The notes under the pieces: model-generated | What the model saw: the letters and a program-made list of their open reading frames with translations, nothing else | The model's database searches: none | What the model was told of the DNA's origin: nothing | NCBI GenBank assembly: GCA_030583805.1 | Contig: CP129476.1 | Location: 902,657 to 966,656 of the forward strand | Source of the DNA: Patescibacteria group bacterium | GTDB lineage: Bacteria > Patescibacteriota > Patescibacteriia > SG8-24 > DYFX01 | DNA length: 64,000 bases | Direction: 5' to 3' | Program-made: the position numbers and the translations under genes | Shown here: positions 48,001-56,407 of the stretch, piece by piece | Numbering within the stretch: the first letter of the stretch is position 1 | How the letters are laid out: each line of letters opens with the position of its first letter

Positions 48001-48892
48001 GACGGGCAAGAGCACGGCGGGTACCCAGCCCGTGGCCCTCGCCGGCCGCGTACCGGTCAAGGTCAACACCGAATCCGGCGAGATCAAGCCGGGCGACCCG
48101 ATCACTTCGTCCTCGACGCCTGGCGTCGGTATGAAGGCGGCGGAAGCCGGACGCGTCATCGGTATCGCGCTTGAAGGCTGGAACGGCAGCGGCACCGGCC
48201 GCATCACCGTCTTCGTGAACCCCTCGTGGTGGAACGGCCCGGCCGCGCTCGCGGGAGCGATCGCAGGTGGCACGTTGTCGACCAATGGCGAAACGCTGAT
48301 TGATCTCAAGAACTCCACGCTCGCGGGCGTCTCCGCCATCGTTTCGACCAGCGGTCTCTGGAGCGTGACTTCCGACGGCATCTTGGCCGCGCAGAAAGTC
48401 GAAGCCAAGAGCGTGCAGGCCGAAAACGTCGTGCTTGTTCAGTCTGAATCGGCGGCGAGCGTTTCCGAGGGCGTCGTGCCCGAAGGGTATAACGCGACGC
48501 TCGTGCGCAATCCCTCCATGACATCCAATGCCAAAGTCTTTGTCTCCTTCCTGGGAGATCCGGGCGGAGGCTATTGGATCGGAGAAAAGGGTGAAGGAGA
48601 CTTCACGCTGCACCTGGCCAGGCCGGCCACACAAGATTTGCCGTTCGAGTATTGGATCCTTGGCGTCGACGACCGCCGTCCCAGTCCCCCCACTGGGACG
48701 GACGAGTCGACGCCTCTCTCGGACGGATCACCTCCGATCGATCCGGAAACCACCGGATCGGCATCGGGCACGGAGGAGACGGAACCTACGCCGACCGGCG
48801 CGGATCCGGATCCGACGGAACCTATCGTGACGGAAACGAGCACGAGTACGGATCAGACGGAATCGAGCACGAGTACGGACGCGAGTCCGTAA
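42050..48892 (+). CDS. giant secreted repeat protein (2,281 aa) with phage tail-fibre-like motifs
   Basis: signal peptide MKAVFPAVFIAFFLISPAYA (alt. upstream ATG 41936); five ~75-aa NLNQAYLAATGSPEIS...GTGNIFEI..RT.AAGDYS repeats; GRVGMGTTLPTIKLHV tail-fibre motif; duplicated C-terminal domain (...SSTPGVGMKA...). Confidence 0.8.
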   Translation: MKAVFPAVFIAFFLISPAYAANSVPKVLNYQARVTDSGGVPVPNGALSVIFRLYDGDGTCLYSARGSCGTPTAKSVTVTNGVFSTQLGEAGDNEIPDGLFDNNVVTLGITIGADAEMTPRKRLTAAAYALNADRLDDLDVTSSGSTTAYIPSTTANGNLVITGDPQGTGVGNGSFYINPANAAASETLFGIADNGGVRFQIDKEGDITHTGSLLATAASSTAQFVFRGAASQTNGVFGIQDASQNRLLTVSATSTLIGADASAYRVGIGMASPTALLHLADTANAQLKLQRIGASAQAGTLNFGNQGSLIANSRAAINNYVLRNDGALHLIRNLIFQSVDWELEANGTGALLEVGEEGISLWTAPSSTAGTQNLAILFMARDDGDIAIPANVGIGIAYSDPTVSVPLYVQGTTSEIMKSIRNSALTNVATTGLRVVQNSSNSSLADGFGMVIQYAIDSPSIAETVLAEVGGIRYGADNSGAIVFNTYNAGAGTEKARILPNGYFGIGNAAPANKLTVGSATSTFEVDFSGNVRKINNVIYSWPASQGGASTVLQNDGNGVLTWASSSGGNLNQAYLAATGSPEISLTPSVGAVTIADTLSGTGNIFEITDRTTAAGDFSRRYFTVSSTSTNLAYNNLSSGTAFGVSSSAAFSGNLMALAGTANFTGDLLELTSAASFGRGIFIDYDAGNNDGTIIEIMSDETSVSGTSADTQKFAVSAAGSITGDGNLTIGGSTNLGDSTGTDTLVFTSGATTGSLALFQTSGSVSTGNVIRVTSTNNTMTTGRMLTTEHTAPNVVSAFTGFMNNFEATRTFSSAGTYGESGSIARVQRSLTSNGGSVTVNASGDVMLISSDGTQTSGTLNITGSVLELAQNYASASGAALNIVNAGTGADIALPATAIIDIGNGGTLIFRDGTNTLCTITDAGTTGDFSCSGTISGASGGNLNQAYLAATGSPELSITPSVGALTIGDTFGGTGNIFEVQDRTNAAGDYSIRMFSVSATGTRIASDVFFASGGGNDASVAFIDDPDTGFANGGTNRIDFITAGQTKIILEDNFTLFGSTELIVNGGVIDFGASSGFLAATPTILEVGGAATTLIMGANGPGTTRIRNSLVVNGDPQGTGLSNGTVYVNPSAPTGNETLFSIANNGSLRFKLDAEGDIDVTGSMLAVSASTTSQFQLRGFAAQSNNIFEVQDSFTNRLFSVSSTSTRYINRLIAPAHAVNQGLQIPTFAGVPTAVTGTAEGDLVWDSTGNSLYAYNGAAFAAIGGTTNLNQAYLVATGTAEISLTPSVGALTIADTLSGTGNIFEIQNRTTAAGDYSTRYMTVSSTGTTVTNLTITGICTGCGGASPSLNQAYLAATGSPEISITPSVGALTIADTFSGTGNIFEITNRTNPAGDYSARYFTVSGTATSIATKAYFSRGGGNDASIAFIGDEDTGLSNGNDNRLDVVIGGATTMIIDDNVTVVGSSEFTVNGGVINIGASFGQLASSPTTLELAHAATTLTLGATTGTTTTRNSLVVGSSSSTHVLNTTGARITGNLTPSADNTYNLGDYNRRWKDLWLSGGSAHIAYNTSGTTSLDIGWVNRFAHPTNSLRARLFSSGQPIQITPNNGETAGLYIDTAGRVGMGTTLPTIKLHVEDNVADFVAYFDNNGSADTRVGIIIEGCADNNPTSSCELISFRDGDGTGIGRVRGNASGGVTYATTGAGDFGERLPGDPWILTDGYLVAVGEAGVALKATNSANLIGVANDNIVFAGNDDLDPATSVPVAMLGLADAYVNVENGVIKAGDLIALSSTPGVGMKATKPGMVVGRAMQDWSGPGLGKIQVHVSPQWHSGLSITNDGASSIFADDFAFKPLDIASATGTAFSSYALKFGGSVWDSASNTAVTRNISMRNNVSTPDIYQLEFKNTVGGTLASLNQAGDLALAGSLTVNGGLDYAETFPAAPDLDAGDIVMVDAANTNGYGVKKSDAAYENTLLGVISTKPGFLTGKSTAGTQPVALAGRVPVKVNTESGEIKPGDPITSSSTPGVGMKAAEAGRVIGIALEGWNGSGTGRITVFVNPSWWNGPAALAGAIAGGTLSTNGETLIDLKNSTLAGVSAIVSTSGLWSVTSDGILAAQKVEAKSVQAENVVLVQSESAASVSEGVVPEGYNATLVRNPSMTSNAKVFVSFLGDPGGGYWIGEKGEGDFTLHLARPATQDLPFEYWILGVDDRRPSPPTGTDESTPLSDGSPPIDPETTGSASGTEETEPTPTGADPDPTEPIVTETSTSTDQTESSTSTDASP

Positions 48893-48931
48893 GACGACGG
48901 TTGTAAAAGACTCCCGCTGCACGGGAGTCTT

Positions 48932-50089
48932 TTACGTACCGGCAATGATGTCGAATGCGCCTTCGGTTTTCTCGGCGCAGGCGCTCCAACGAAACAGCGT
49001 GGCGCGATCCCGTCCTCTTGCGACATACCGTTCCGCGAGCGAAGGGGAGTCGAGGATGGCGTCGATCGCGGCGGCGATTTCCGTCGGTCGATAGGGGTCT
49101 GTCAGGAGTCCGGCGGTCTCCATGATTTCGCTGAGAGCGCCGGCGTGCGAGGCGACGACGGGCAGTCCCGAGGCCATCGCTTCGAGCGGCGGCAGGCCGA
49201 AGCCTTCATAGAAAGAGGGGAAGGCCAAGAGCGACGCGAGGCGGTACAAGCATCGGCGATCGAGATCGTTCACGTACCCGAGCAATCGGATGTCATCGCG
49301 GTACGGGCTGCGCCGGATGGCTTGAAGAATCGCGGCGTTGTTCCAGCCGGACGGTCCTGCGAGCACCAAACCCAGTCCGGCATAGCGCGCCTGCGGGCGG
49401 AGCTGATGGTAGGCGTCGAGCAAGCCGAGATGGTTTTTCCGGGGTTCCAGCGCTCCGACGTGCAGAATGAAGCGCTCTGGCAATCGCCAGCGTTCGCGCG
49501 CTTGCCGCAGCGCGTCTTGGGGCGGCGTGTCGAAAAAATCCGAAGCGACGCCTTCATGGGTGACGACGATCTTTTCCGGCGGCAGCCGCCAACGGTCGAC
49601 AAGATCGCGTTTCGTCGTTTCGGAAACGGCGAGGACGACGTTCGCGCGTCGGGCGAGATTCCGCGGCGCGACGGCGCGATGCCACAAGCGCTGTTTCAGC
49701 GAAAAAAATTCCGGATACGTTTCAAACGTCAGATCGTGAATGGTGAGCGCCAGCGGCAGGGAAGGGGAGAGCGCGACAAAATGCGGATTCGGCATCCAGC
49801 AGAGCGTCGGCGGCTCGGAAGCGAAGCGTTCCAGGTGCGGCGTCTTAAAAAGACGCATCGACGCGTTGAGCAGCTTGTTCGGATAGCGCGTCAACGTATC
49901 GATTCCGGCGACGGGCGCGACAAGATCCGCCTTCGGCGGCAGCGCCGCATTGGCCCACGTTTCAATCGCATAGCGGCCGGATTCCTTGAGCGCCGCCGTC
50001 AATCTGCGCGCGTACTCGAAGACGCCTCCGCCATTGCGGTCCAACAGGGCTCTTCCGTCGATGAGGACGCGGCGCGATCGATTCGACAT
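48932..50089 (-). CDS. glycosyltransferase family 4
   Basis: GT4 C-terminal motif AFPSFYEGFGLPPLEAMASGLPVVAS. Confidence 0.85.
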   Translation of the reverse strand: MSNRSRRVLIDGRALLDRNGGGVFEYARRLTAALKESGRYAIETWANAALPPKADLVAPVAGIDTLTRYPNKLLNASMRLFKTPHLERFASEPPTLCWMPNPHFVALSPSLPLALTIHDLTFETYPEFFSLKQRLWHRAVAPRNLARRANVVLAVSETTKRDLVDRWRLPPEKIVVTHEGVASDFFDTPPQDALRQARERWRLPERFILHVGALEPRKNHLGLLDAYHQLRPQARYAGLGLVLAGPSGWNNAAILQAIRRSPYRDDIRLLGYVNDLDRRCLYRLASLLAFPSFYEGFGLPPLEAMASGLPVVASHAGALSEIMETAGLLTDPYRPTEIAAAIDAILDSPSLAERYVARGRDRATLFRWSACAEKTEGAFDIIAGT

Positions 50090-50151
50090 GGAACGCTTGT
50101 GTGATTGTTGGAAAGCCGTTAGGGTCTTTGTAGGCAGTTTTGGAGGCCGTC

Positions 50152-50805
50152 ATGACGAGCATGCGTCTCTGCTTCGCGTTTCTGGTGCTCCTGGTTCTTC
50201 CGTCCGCTTGCCTCAAGTCGGTGTGCCCGACGTGTCCGACCTGTCCGGTCGCAACAGCCGGCGAGGACTGCGGGCCGCCGCCGATCGCCGATCCCGACTG
50301 GACGATGCGGGACGATCGTCCGGATCTGCCTGAAGGCCTCGCGTGTCTCAAGGATCCGCTGGCCGTACCGGCCTCGTACCTCATCGTCAACGCGCCGTTC
50401 CGCGACCCCGAGCATTGTTGGACGCCCAACATGCACCGCGGAACCGACTTGCGCGCCAAGGCCGATACTCCGGTCGTGGCCAGCGCTGCGGGCGAAGTTG
50501 TCGACGTTCGGCAGCAGCACGGCGAAACGTGGTCCGTGGAAGTTCGCTTCGGCGACGGCTGGAGTTACCGTCCGGCGCATCTGCGCGAGATCGCGGTTGC
50601 GCTCGGAGACAAGGTCGAAGCTGGCGACGTGCTGGGCTGGTCCGGCGGCGAGAGGAAGCAGCCGGGATCAGGTCCGTACACCACCGGCCCGCACTTGCAC
50701 TTCGAACTCGTCTACCAAGGCGCGTACGTCGACGCCGAGAAATACTTCTGCCGTTCATACGCGCGCTCGACCGCCACGCGCACGTGTCTCAAAGTGTGCC
50801 AGTAG
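50152..50805 (+). CDS. secreted M23-family metallopeptidase (LytM-like)
   Basis: GGAGG SD; signal peptide; HRGTD...HLHFEL zinc motifs; CPTCPTCP Cys-Pro repeat after signal peptide. Confidence 0.8.
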   Translation: MTSMRLCFAFLVLLVLPSACLKSVCPTCPTCPVATAGEDCGPPPIADPDWTMRDDRPDLPEGLACLKDPLAVPASYLIVNAPFRDPEHCWTPNMHRGTDLRAKADTPVVASAAGEVVDVRQQHGETWSVEVRFGDGWSYRPAHLREIAVALGDKVEAGDVLGWSGGERKQPGSGPYTTGPHLHFELVYQGAYVDAEKYFCRSYARSTATRTCLKVCQ

Positions 50806-50837
50806 CCGCCCGCCCTCCGAGGAGCGGGCTTTTCATT

Positions 50838-51455
50838 TTAGGCTGCGAGACGCTTCGGGCGCCAGGAGGCGTATGCGCACGCGAGGCCGATGAAGGCGCC
50901 GACGAACGCTCCGGCCAAGGCCGCTCGCGCCGGCGGAATGCGCGTTTCCGCGATAACCGGCTCGGAGGCGCTCACGATAAAGAGCGTTTCCTGTTCGGGA
51001 GAAAGGACGAGCGTCCGTGCGCGTTCAGAAACGTGGCGCGAAAGGCTCGCATACAACTTGGCGGCCGTTTCGGCATCGGACGCCGCATAGGCAACGACGA
51101 CGTTCTGGCTCGAATATTTTTTTCCTCGGAAAACGCGCCCGGAAATCGCCCTGATTTCGGAGTCGGTTCGCTGGATTCCGGCGTCGGCGAAGACTTCTTT
51201 GACGACGGAAGGCGTCGAGAGCCAGCTGATCATCGTGTCGGCGACGAGCTCCGAAGCGCGCAGGGCATAGTAGCCGTCGTACGAGTAATCGGACGTTTCC
51301 TGGCGCGCTTGCTGCGAGATCGTAAACGCGAATGAAACGTTGGTGCGCGGCGGCAAGGTTCCGGCGACGGCGGCGAAGAGCAGTGCGGCGGCCGCGGCGG
51401 AAGCGAGGACGGCGCGAACCGGATGCGAGAAGAATCCGACGAGGTGCGTTTTCAT
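50838..51455 (-). CDS. Wzz-like chain-length determinant-type protein (two terminal TM helices)
   Basis: TM near both ends with periplasmic middle; ATGA coupling to upstream GT4. Confidence 0.5.
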   Translation of the reverse strand: MKTHLVGFFSHPVRAVLASAAAAALLFAAVAGTLPPRTNVSFAFTISQQARQETSDYSYDGYYALRASELVADTMISWLSTPSVVKEVFADAGIQRTDSEIRAISGRVFRGKKYSSQNVVVAYAASDAETAAKLYASLSRHVSERARTLVLSPEQETLFIVSASEPVIAETRIPPARAALAGAFVGAFIGLACAYASWRPKRLAA

Positions 51456-52606
51456 GCGTGTGCGGTTTCGCGCGCGGTAACGCCGCGCTTTTCTTTTTGA
51501 ACGGCATGGGCCGTCTTGTGCGCTTTCCAGCTTTCCGAAACGAAGGAGGCGATACGGCGCTTGAAGACGCTGACGTCGAACGACTCGGCGTGCGCGCGGA
51601 TCGTGGCGGGGTCGTAACGCTCCGGGTTGAAGCGGATCACGGTTGCGGCAAGCTCCTCCCACTCCTGGTCTCCGAAAAACTCCCCGGTCACGCCCGGAAC
51701 GACGGTTTCAAGCGCGCCGCCGACGCCGTACGCGATGACGGGCCGTCCAGCCGCCATGGATTCGAGGGCCGTAATGCCGAAATCTTCTTCTTGCGGATGG
51801 ATGAACGCGATGGCGCCGCGATACAGCTCGGCCTTCTCGGCGTCGCTGACCTTGCCGACGAACTCGATGTTCGGGCGCGCGTGCTTCCGGTATTCCTTGG
51901 AGAGGGGACCGTCGCCGAAAATCTTGAGCGGCAGGCCGAGGCGGTTGAAGGCCTGGATGATGAGATCAAAGCGCTTATAGGAAACGAGGCGCCCGCCCGC
52001 CAAGAAGTACGTTCCGGGCGCGGTTGCGACGGAAAACTTTCCCGTTTCGACGGGAGGATAGATGATTTCGGAATCGCGGGCGTAATATTTTTTGATGCGG
52101 TCGGCGACCGTGCGCGAGTTGGCGATGAACCGGTCGACGCGGTCCGAGGACAAGCGGTCCCAGACGCGCAAGCGATTGAGGAGCATCGGCAAGAGCGCCT
52201 TCGTCAGGCGGTTCGCGTTCAACTCCTGCACGTAGCTGTGCGTGTCGCTCCACAAATAACGGGTCGGCGTGTGGCAATAGCAGACGTGCAACGTGTCCGG
52301 CTTCGTGATGATGCCTTTGGCGAAGGCGCTCGAGCTCGAAATCACGACGTCGAACTCGGAGAGATCGTGGCTCTCCGTCGCGGCCGGCATGAGCGGAAGG
52401 AACCACTGGTATTTTTTCAAAGCGAACGGAAGCTTTTGCAGGAACGACGTGCGGATGTCTTTGGAAGCGAATTCTTTGCTGACGCGCTTCGGATCGTAGA
52501 GCAGCGTGTAGGTCGGCGCGTTCGGAAAAATTTCCTGCAAGGCCAGCAAGACTTTTTCGGCTCCTCCGTCCTGCACCAGATGATCGTGGACGAGCGCGAC
52601 TTTCAT
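51452..52606 (-). CDS. glycosyltransferase family 4
   Basis: GT4 motif IHPQEEDFGITALESMAAGRPVIAYG. Confidence 0.85.
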   Translation of the reverse strand: MKVALVHDHLVQDGGAEKVLLALQEIFPNAPTYTLLYDPKRVSKEFASKDIRTSFLQKLPFALKKYQWFLPLMPAATESHDLSEFDVVISSSSAFAKGIITKPDTLHVCYCHTPTRYLWSDTHSYVQELNANRLTKALLPMLLNRLRVWDRLSSDRVDRFIANSRTVADRIKKYYARDSEIIYPPVETGKFSVATAPGTYFLAGGRLVSYKRFDLIIQAFNRLGLPLKIFGDGPLSKEYRKHARPNIEFVGKVSDAEKAELYRGAIAFIHPQEEDFGITALESMAAGRPVIAYGVGGALETVVPGVTGEFFGDQEWEELAATVIRFNPERYDPATIRAHAESFDVSVFKRRIASFVSESWKAHKTAHAVQKEKRGVTARETAHA

Positions 52607-52607
52607 A

Positions 52608-54032
52608 TCAGTACGCCCCTTTTTTCGCGAAGACCACAAACGGCGTCTTTGCCAGGATCGCCAGGTCCATGAGGGGCGTCCAGTTTTCGATGTAGAACGT
52701 GTCGAGGCGGATCTCGTCGTCGAAAGCGAGGTCGGAGCGGCCGGAGACCTGCGCCAAGCCGGTGATGCCCGGGCGCACCATGAGGACGCGGCGGTGGTGG
52801 CGCTGATATTTTTCGACTTCGCGCGTTTGGTGGGGGCGCGGTCCGATCAAGCTCATGTCGCCCTTGAGGACGTTGAAAAATTGCGGCAGCTCGTCGATCG
52901 AGAAGCGGCGGATGAAGCGGCCGACCTTCGTGACGCGCGGGTCGTCCTTGATCTTATAGACCGGGCCGTTTTTCATGCTGCGCTCGGCGATGAGCTTCTG
53001 CTCAAGCTCGAGGGCGGCGCGTTGGTCGGCGAATTGCTCGCCGATCGAGACGTCGGCGCGCATGGAGCGGAACTTGTAGGCGCGGAACTTGCGGCCTTGG
53101 AGGCCGACGCGTTCGTTGCGGAAGATGATCGGTCCGCGCGATTCGAGCGCCACGGCGATGGCCGCGAGCAGCATGATCGGCGAGGTAAGGATGATCAGGA
53201 GCACGGAGCCGATGACGTCGAAGACGCGCTTGTAGACGCGGCCCCATCCTTCGAGGCGCGTGCGCTTCACTTCAATCACGGGGATGCCGGCGATCGTCGT
53301 CGACAAGAGCGCGGCGTGCGCGGCCAAGGTGTCGGCGGCGTAGCGGAAGGTAAGGTGCCGGTCCTCCGCGAACTCGATCACGGCGCGCATGGCCTCCTTG
53401 CTGGTTTCAGGATCGGTTACGAAAATTTCGTCGACGTCGTCGGCGTCGCACAGCGCCGAAGCCGCGCGCGCCGCTTCCGCGTCCCATCGGGCGAAGCGCG
53501 CGATGATGCGGTAGCCGCCCGCGGGGTTCTTGGCGAACTGCTCGGTGATCGCCGCCGTGGCGCGATCTTCGCCGCCGACCACGATGACATGGCGCGCGCC
53601 GATGCCGCGCTTCAAGAGTTGGCGGTTCACGAGACGCACGAGCAAGCGCATGAAAATGACGTAGGCAATCGACAAGAGCCAGGCCGCCAAGACGACGAAT
53701 CGCGACGTGAAGAGCTCGCGCTGGAAGAAAATCAAAATGATGAGCCCCATCACGCCGAGCGTGCAGGCCGAGACGACTTTGACGGCTTCTTCCAGAATGC
53801 GGCGCGGGCGCTCGATCGCGTAGAGTCCGGTCAGCGCGAAAATCACCAAATACGCCAGAGCGATGGCTGCGGCGGCTTTGAAGAAATCGGGGTAGGGGAG
53901 CAGCGAGATGGCCGGACGGAGTTCGGCGAACGTCTCGAAGCGCAGACGGTGGGCGGTGAGAGCGGCTAGGAGCAGCGCCACGTAGTCCAAGGGCAGGAGG
54001 ATGACAGTGAAGGTCAGCTGGTTTCTGCGCAT
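52608..54032 (-). CDS. polyprenyl-phosphate hexose-1-phosphate transferase (WbaP/WcaJ-like 'bacterial sugar transferase')
   Basis: multi-TM N-term; C-terminal SMRADVSIGE...SIDELPQFFNVLKGDMSLIGPRP signature. Confidence 0.85.
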   Translation of the reverse strand: MRRNQLTFTVILLPLDYVALLLAALTAHRLRFETFAELRPAISLLPYPDFFKAAAAIALAYLVIFALTGLYAIERPRRILEEAVKVVSACTLGVMGLIILIFFQRELFTSRFVVLAAWLLSIAYVIFMRLLVRLVNRQLLKRGIGARHVIVVGGEDRATAAITEQFAKNPAGGYRIIARFARWDAEAARAASALCDADDVDEIFVTDPETSKEAMRAVIEFAEDRHLTFRYAADTLAAHAALLSTTIAGIPVIEVKRTRLEGWGRVYKRVFDVIGSVLLIILTSPIMLLAAIAVALESRGPIIFRNERVGLQGRKFRAYKFRSMRADVSIGEQFADQRAALELEQKLIAERSMKNGPVYKIKDDPRVTKVGRFIRRFSIDELPQFFNVLKGDMSLIGPRPHQTREVEKYQRHHRRVLMVRPGITGLAQVSGRSDLAFDDEIRLDTFYIENWTPLMDLAILAKTPFVVFAKKGAY

Positions 54033-54119
54033 ATTCGTACGGACAGCGTATCTTTTTAAGGCGTTTTTTTCAAGCCTGGCCGGCAGGGAAAGAAAAAGCC
54101 CCGCTTGAGCGGGGCGAGA

Positions 54120-55130
54120 CTAGGAAGCGTCGGAACCGGAGCGTTCGGCTGCCGGCTGCACCATCTCTTCGGCGGCGCGGCGGGCGGAATCGACCGCTTG
54201 GACGAGATCTTGCTTCTTCTCGTCGTAGTAGCGGCCGGCCGCCTTGCGGGCGTTGCGAAGGCGGCGCGCGGCCTCCTTTCCGAAATCGTGCGTGCCTTTC
54301 TTCAGGCGGTGGCGCGCGAGCTGCTTCGCGGTCGGCGTCATGACGTCTTTCGCCAGCCGCAGCCAGGAAAGCACCTTGATCGCGTAGTAGCTGACGTCGA
54401 TCTCCCACCAGTAGAATCCCTGGCGCGCCGACGTCTGCACGTGGTGATGGTTGTTGTGCCAGCCCTCACCGAGCGTGATCAGCGCGAGCACCGGATTGTT
54501 CCGGCTGTCGTCGGTCTGCGTATCGAATCGGCGCGATCCCCAGACGTGCGAGAGCGAGTTGATCGTGAACGTGCCGTGCCAGAGCAGGACGGTCGAGAGC
54601 AGGAATCCGACGAGGAGCATGCTCCAGCCGCCGAACAGCCAGCAGACGACGCCGAGCAGCGCCGGCGGCACGATCCACCAGCGATTCAGCCACCGGAGTT
54701 CCGGGTAGACGGCGAAGTCGCGGATGCGATCGAACTTCGTCTCCTTGTGCTTTCCGCACAGGAACCACACCATGTGCGACCACCAGAAGCCCTTCGTGGG
54801 CGAGTGGATGTCGCGCTCGGTGTCGGAGTACAGGTGGTGGTCGCGGTGATGCGCCGCCCACCAGAGCACGCCCTTCTGCGCGGCGGTCGTGCCGCCCACG
54901 GCCATCAGGAACTGCATCGGGCGGCCGAGCTTGTAGGCTCGGTGCGCGAAGTAGCGGTGGTACCCGGCGGTCAGAAAGAACATGCGGACGACGTACAGGG
55001 CGACGCAGACGATCGCCTCGTTCCAGCCCGCGCCGGTCCAGAACGCCAGAGGCAGCGAGAGATGCACCAGAAGCATGGGGAGCGCGTGCAGCCAGTCGAT
55101 GCGGTCGGAACGAGCCTTTGCCTTCTTCAT
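54120..55130 (-). CDS. acyl-CoA/acyl-lipid delta-9-type fatty acid desaturase
   Basis: three His boxes HRYFAH, HHRDHH, HNNHH; 4 TM. Confidence 0.85.
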   Translation of the reverse strand: MKKAKARSDRIDWLHALPMLLVHLSLPLAFWTGAGWNEAIVCVALYVVRMFFLTAGYHRYFAHRAYKLGRPMQFLMAVGGTTAAQKGVLWWAAHHRDHHLYSDTERDIHSPTKGFWWSHMVWFLCGKHKETKFDRIRDFAVYPELRWLNRWWIVPPALLGVVCWLFGGWSMLLVGFLLSTVLLWHGTFTINSLSHVWGSRRFDTQTDDSRNNPVLALITLGEGWHNNHHHVQTSARQGFYWWEIDVSYYAIKVLSWLRLAKDVMTPTAKQLARHRLKKGTHDFGKEAARRLRNARKAAGRYYDEKKQDLVQAVDSARRAAEEMVQPAAERSGSDAS

Positions 55131-55236
55131 GTGTTCGGCCTCCTTTCGAAGAAGCCCGCCCAGTACATCACAAAACGCGGCTCCTGCCAATTATCCACTA
55201 GAGACACCCTGAAGGCGCGCGTATACTGAACCGGCC

Positions 55237-55827
55237 ATGAAGACCATGATGAAAACGGGAACGCTCCATGTCGTCTGCGGATGCATGTCCTCGGGCAAAA
55301 GCAGCGAGCTTGCACGCCTGCTGCGTCGTGCCACGATCGCGAAGATCCCCGTTTTTGCTTTCAAGCCCGCGACTGATACGCGCGACGGCATGGAAGTCCG
55401 CTCGCGCGACGGTCAGACGCACGAAGCGCGCGCCGTCAGCCGCGCTGTCGACGCGCTCGCCGTCGTTCCGCTCGAAGGCCCCGGTCTCGTTGGCTTCGAT
55501 GAAGCGCAGTTCTTCGATGAAGGCCTCGTCGCCGTCGTCGATGCGCTGCTCCGCCGCGGCCACGAAGTCGTGTGCGCAGGACTCGATACCGATTTCCGCG
55601 GCGAGCCGTTCGGCACCATGCCGCAGCTGCTCGCGCGCGCGGATGAAGTCACGAAACTCTCAGCCGTCTGCGTGCGCTGCGGCGACCGCCAAGCGACGCG
55701 CAGCCAGCGCCTCATCAACGGCCGTCCCGCGCCGTACGACGCTCCGACCATCCAGGTCGGCGGCGAAGATGCCTACGAAGCGCGCTGCCGCTCGTGCCAC
55801 GAAGTGCCCGGTCATCCCGCTCCATGA
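55237..55827 (+). CDS. tdk: thymidine kinase
   Basis: GCMSSGKS P-loop, DEAQFF, C-terminal CVRCG...C zinc ribbon. Confidence 0.85.
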   Translation: MKTMMKTGTLHVVCGCMSSGKSSELARLLRRATIAKIPVFAFKPATDTRDGMEVRSRDGQTHEARAVSRAVDALAVVPLEGPGLVGFDEAQFFDEGLVAVVDALLRRGHEVVCAGLDTDFRGEPFGTMPQLLARADEVTKLSAVCVRCGDRQATRSQRLINGRPAPYDAPTIQVGGEDAYEARCRSCHEVPGHPAP

Positions 55828-55879
55828 GCGGGATTTTTCATACAGAAAAAACGCCCCGGTGAGGGACGTTTCTTCATGC

Positions 55880-56395
55880 GTTTCAAGCGAGCCTGTAAGC
55901 CGAATTCTGTCTTCCGACGTTGCCGCCGGAATGACGGTCATCTCTCTCGTCCCAACGTTGCCATTGGGATCAAGCAAGCTACCTAATTTGCTCTTGCACC
56001 GGATCGGTGTTTACCCCGGAGCCGATCACTCGACTGCCGCGTGGGCTCTTACCCCACGATTTCAACCTTACCTCACTCCCGAAGGAGGTCTCTCCATTGA
56101 AGGATGAGGCGGTATGTTTCTGTTGCTCCCCGTGCAAGCCTCGCGGCTCTCATGGGGCATCCTCCGAAGAGGACCCGCACGCCCGACGAATCGGGCTTCC
56201 CTGGGCTTGGCGTATCCGCACCATCTCTCGTTACCCGAGACATGATGTGATCCGTTGTTCCCGGTTGCCGTTAGCAACGATCTCTGAATCATGGATTGCT
56301 CCATGAAACGGTGTTCGGACTTTCCTCGATCCGCCTATTTTGGGCGGGTCGCGACCATCCGGCTCCCTTAAAACAGCTCCCAGGTACGATGTACC
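55880..56395 (-). ncRNA. rnpB: RNase P RNA (bacterial type A-like, ~500 nt)
   Basis: minus-strand GAGGAAAGTCCGAAC (CR-I/P4), GGTAAGAGCCCACG, GGTAAACACCGATCCGGTGCAAGAGCAAAT, ACAGAATTCGGCTTACAGG (CR-V/P4 3' strand). Confidence 0.75.
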
Positions 56396-56407
56396 TAGGA
56401 TAGACGG

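Noticed and set aside
41936-48892. Possible diversity-generating retroelement target (C-terminal variable domain of a huge fibre protein)
   Set aside because: No reverse transcriptase or template repeat anywhere in the window.
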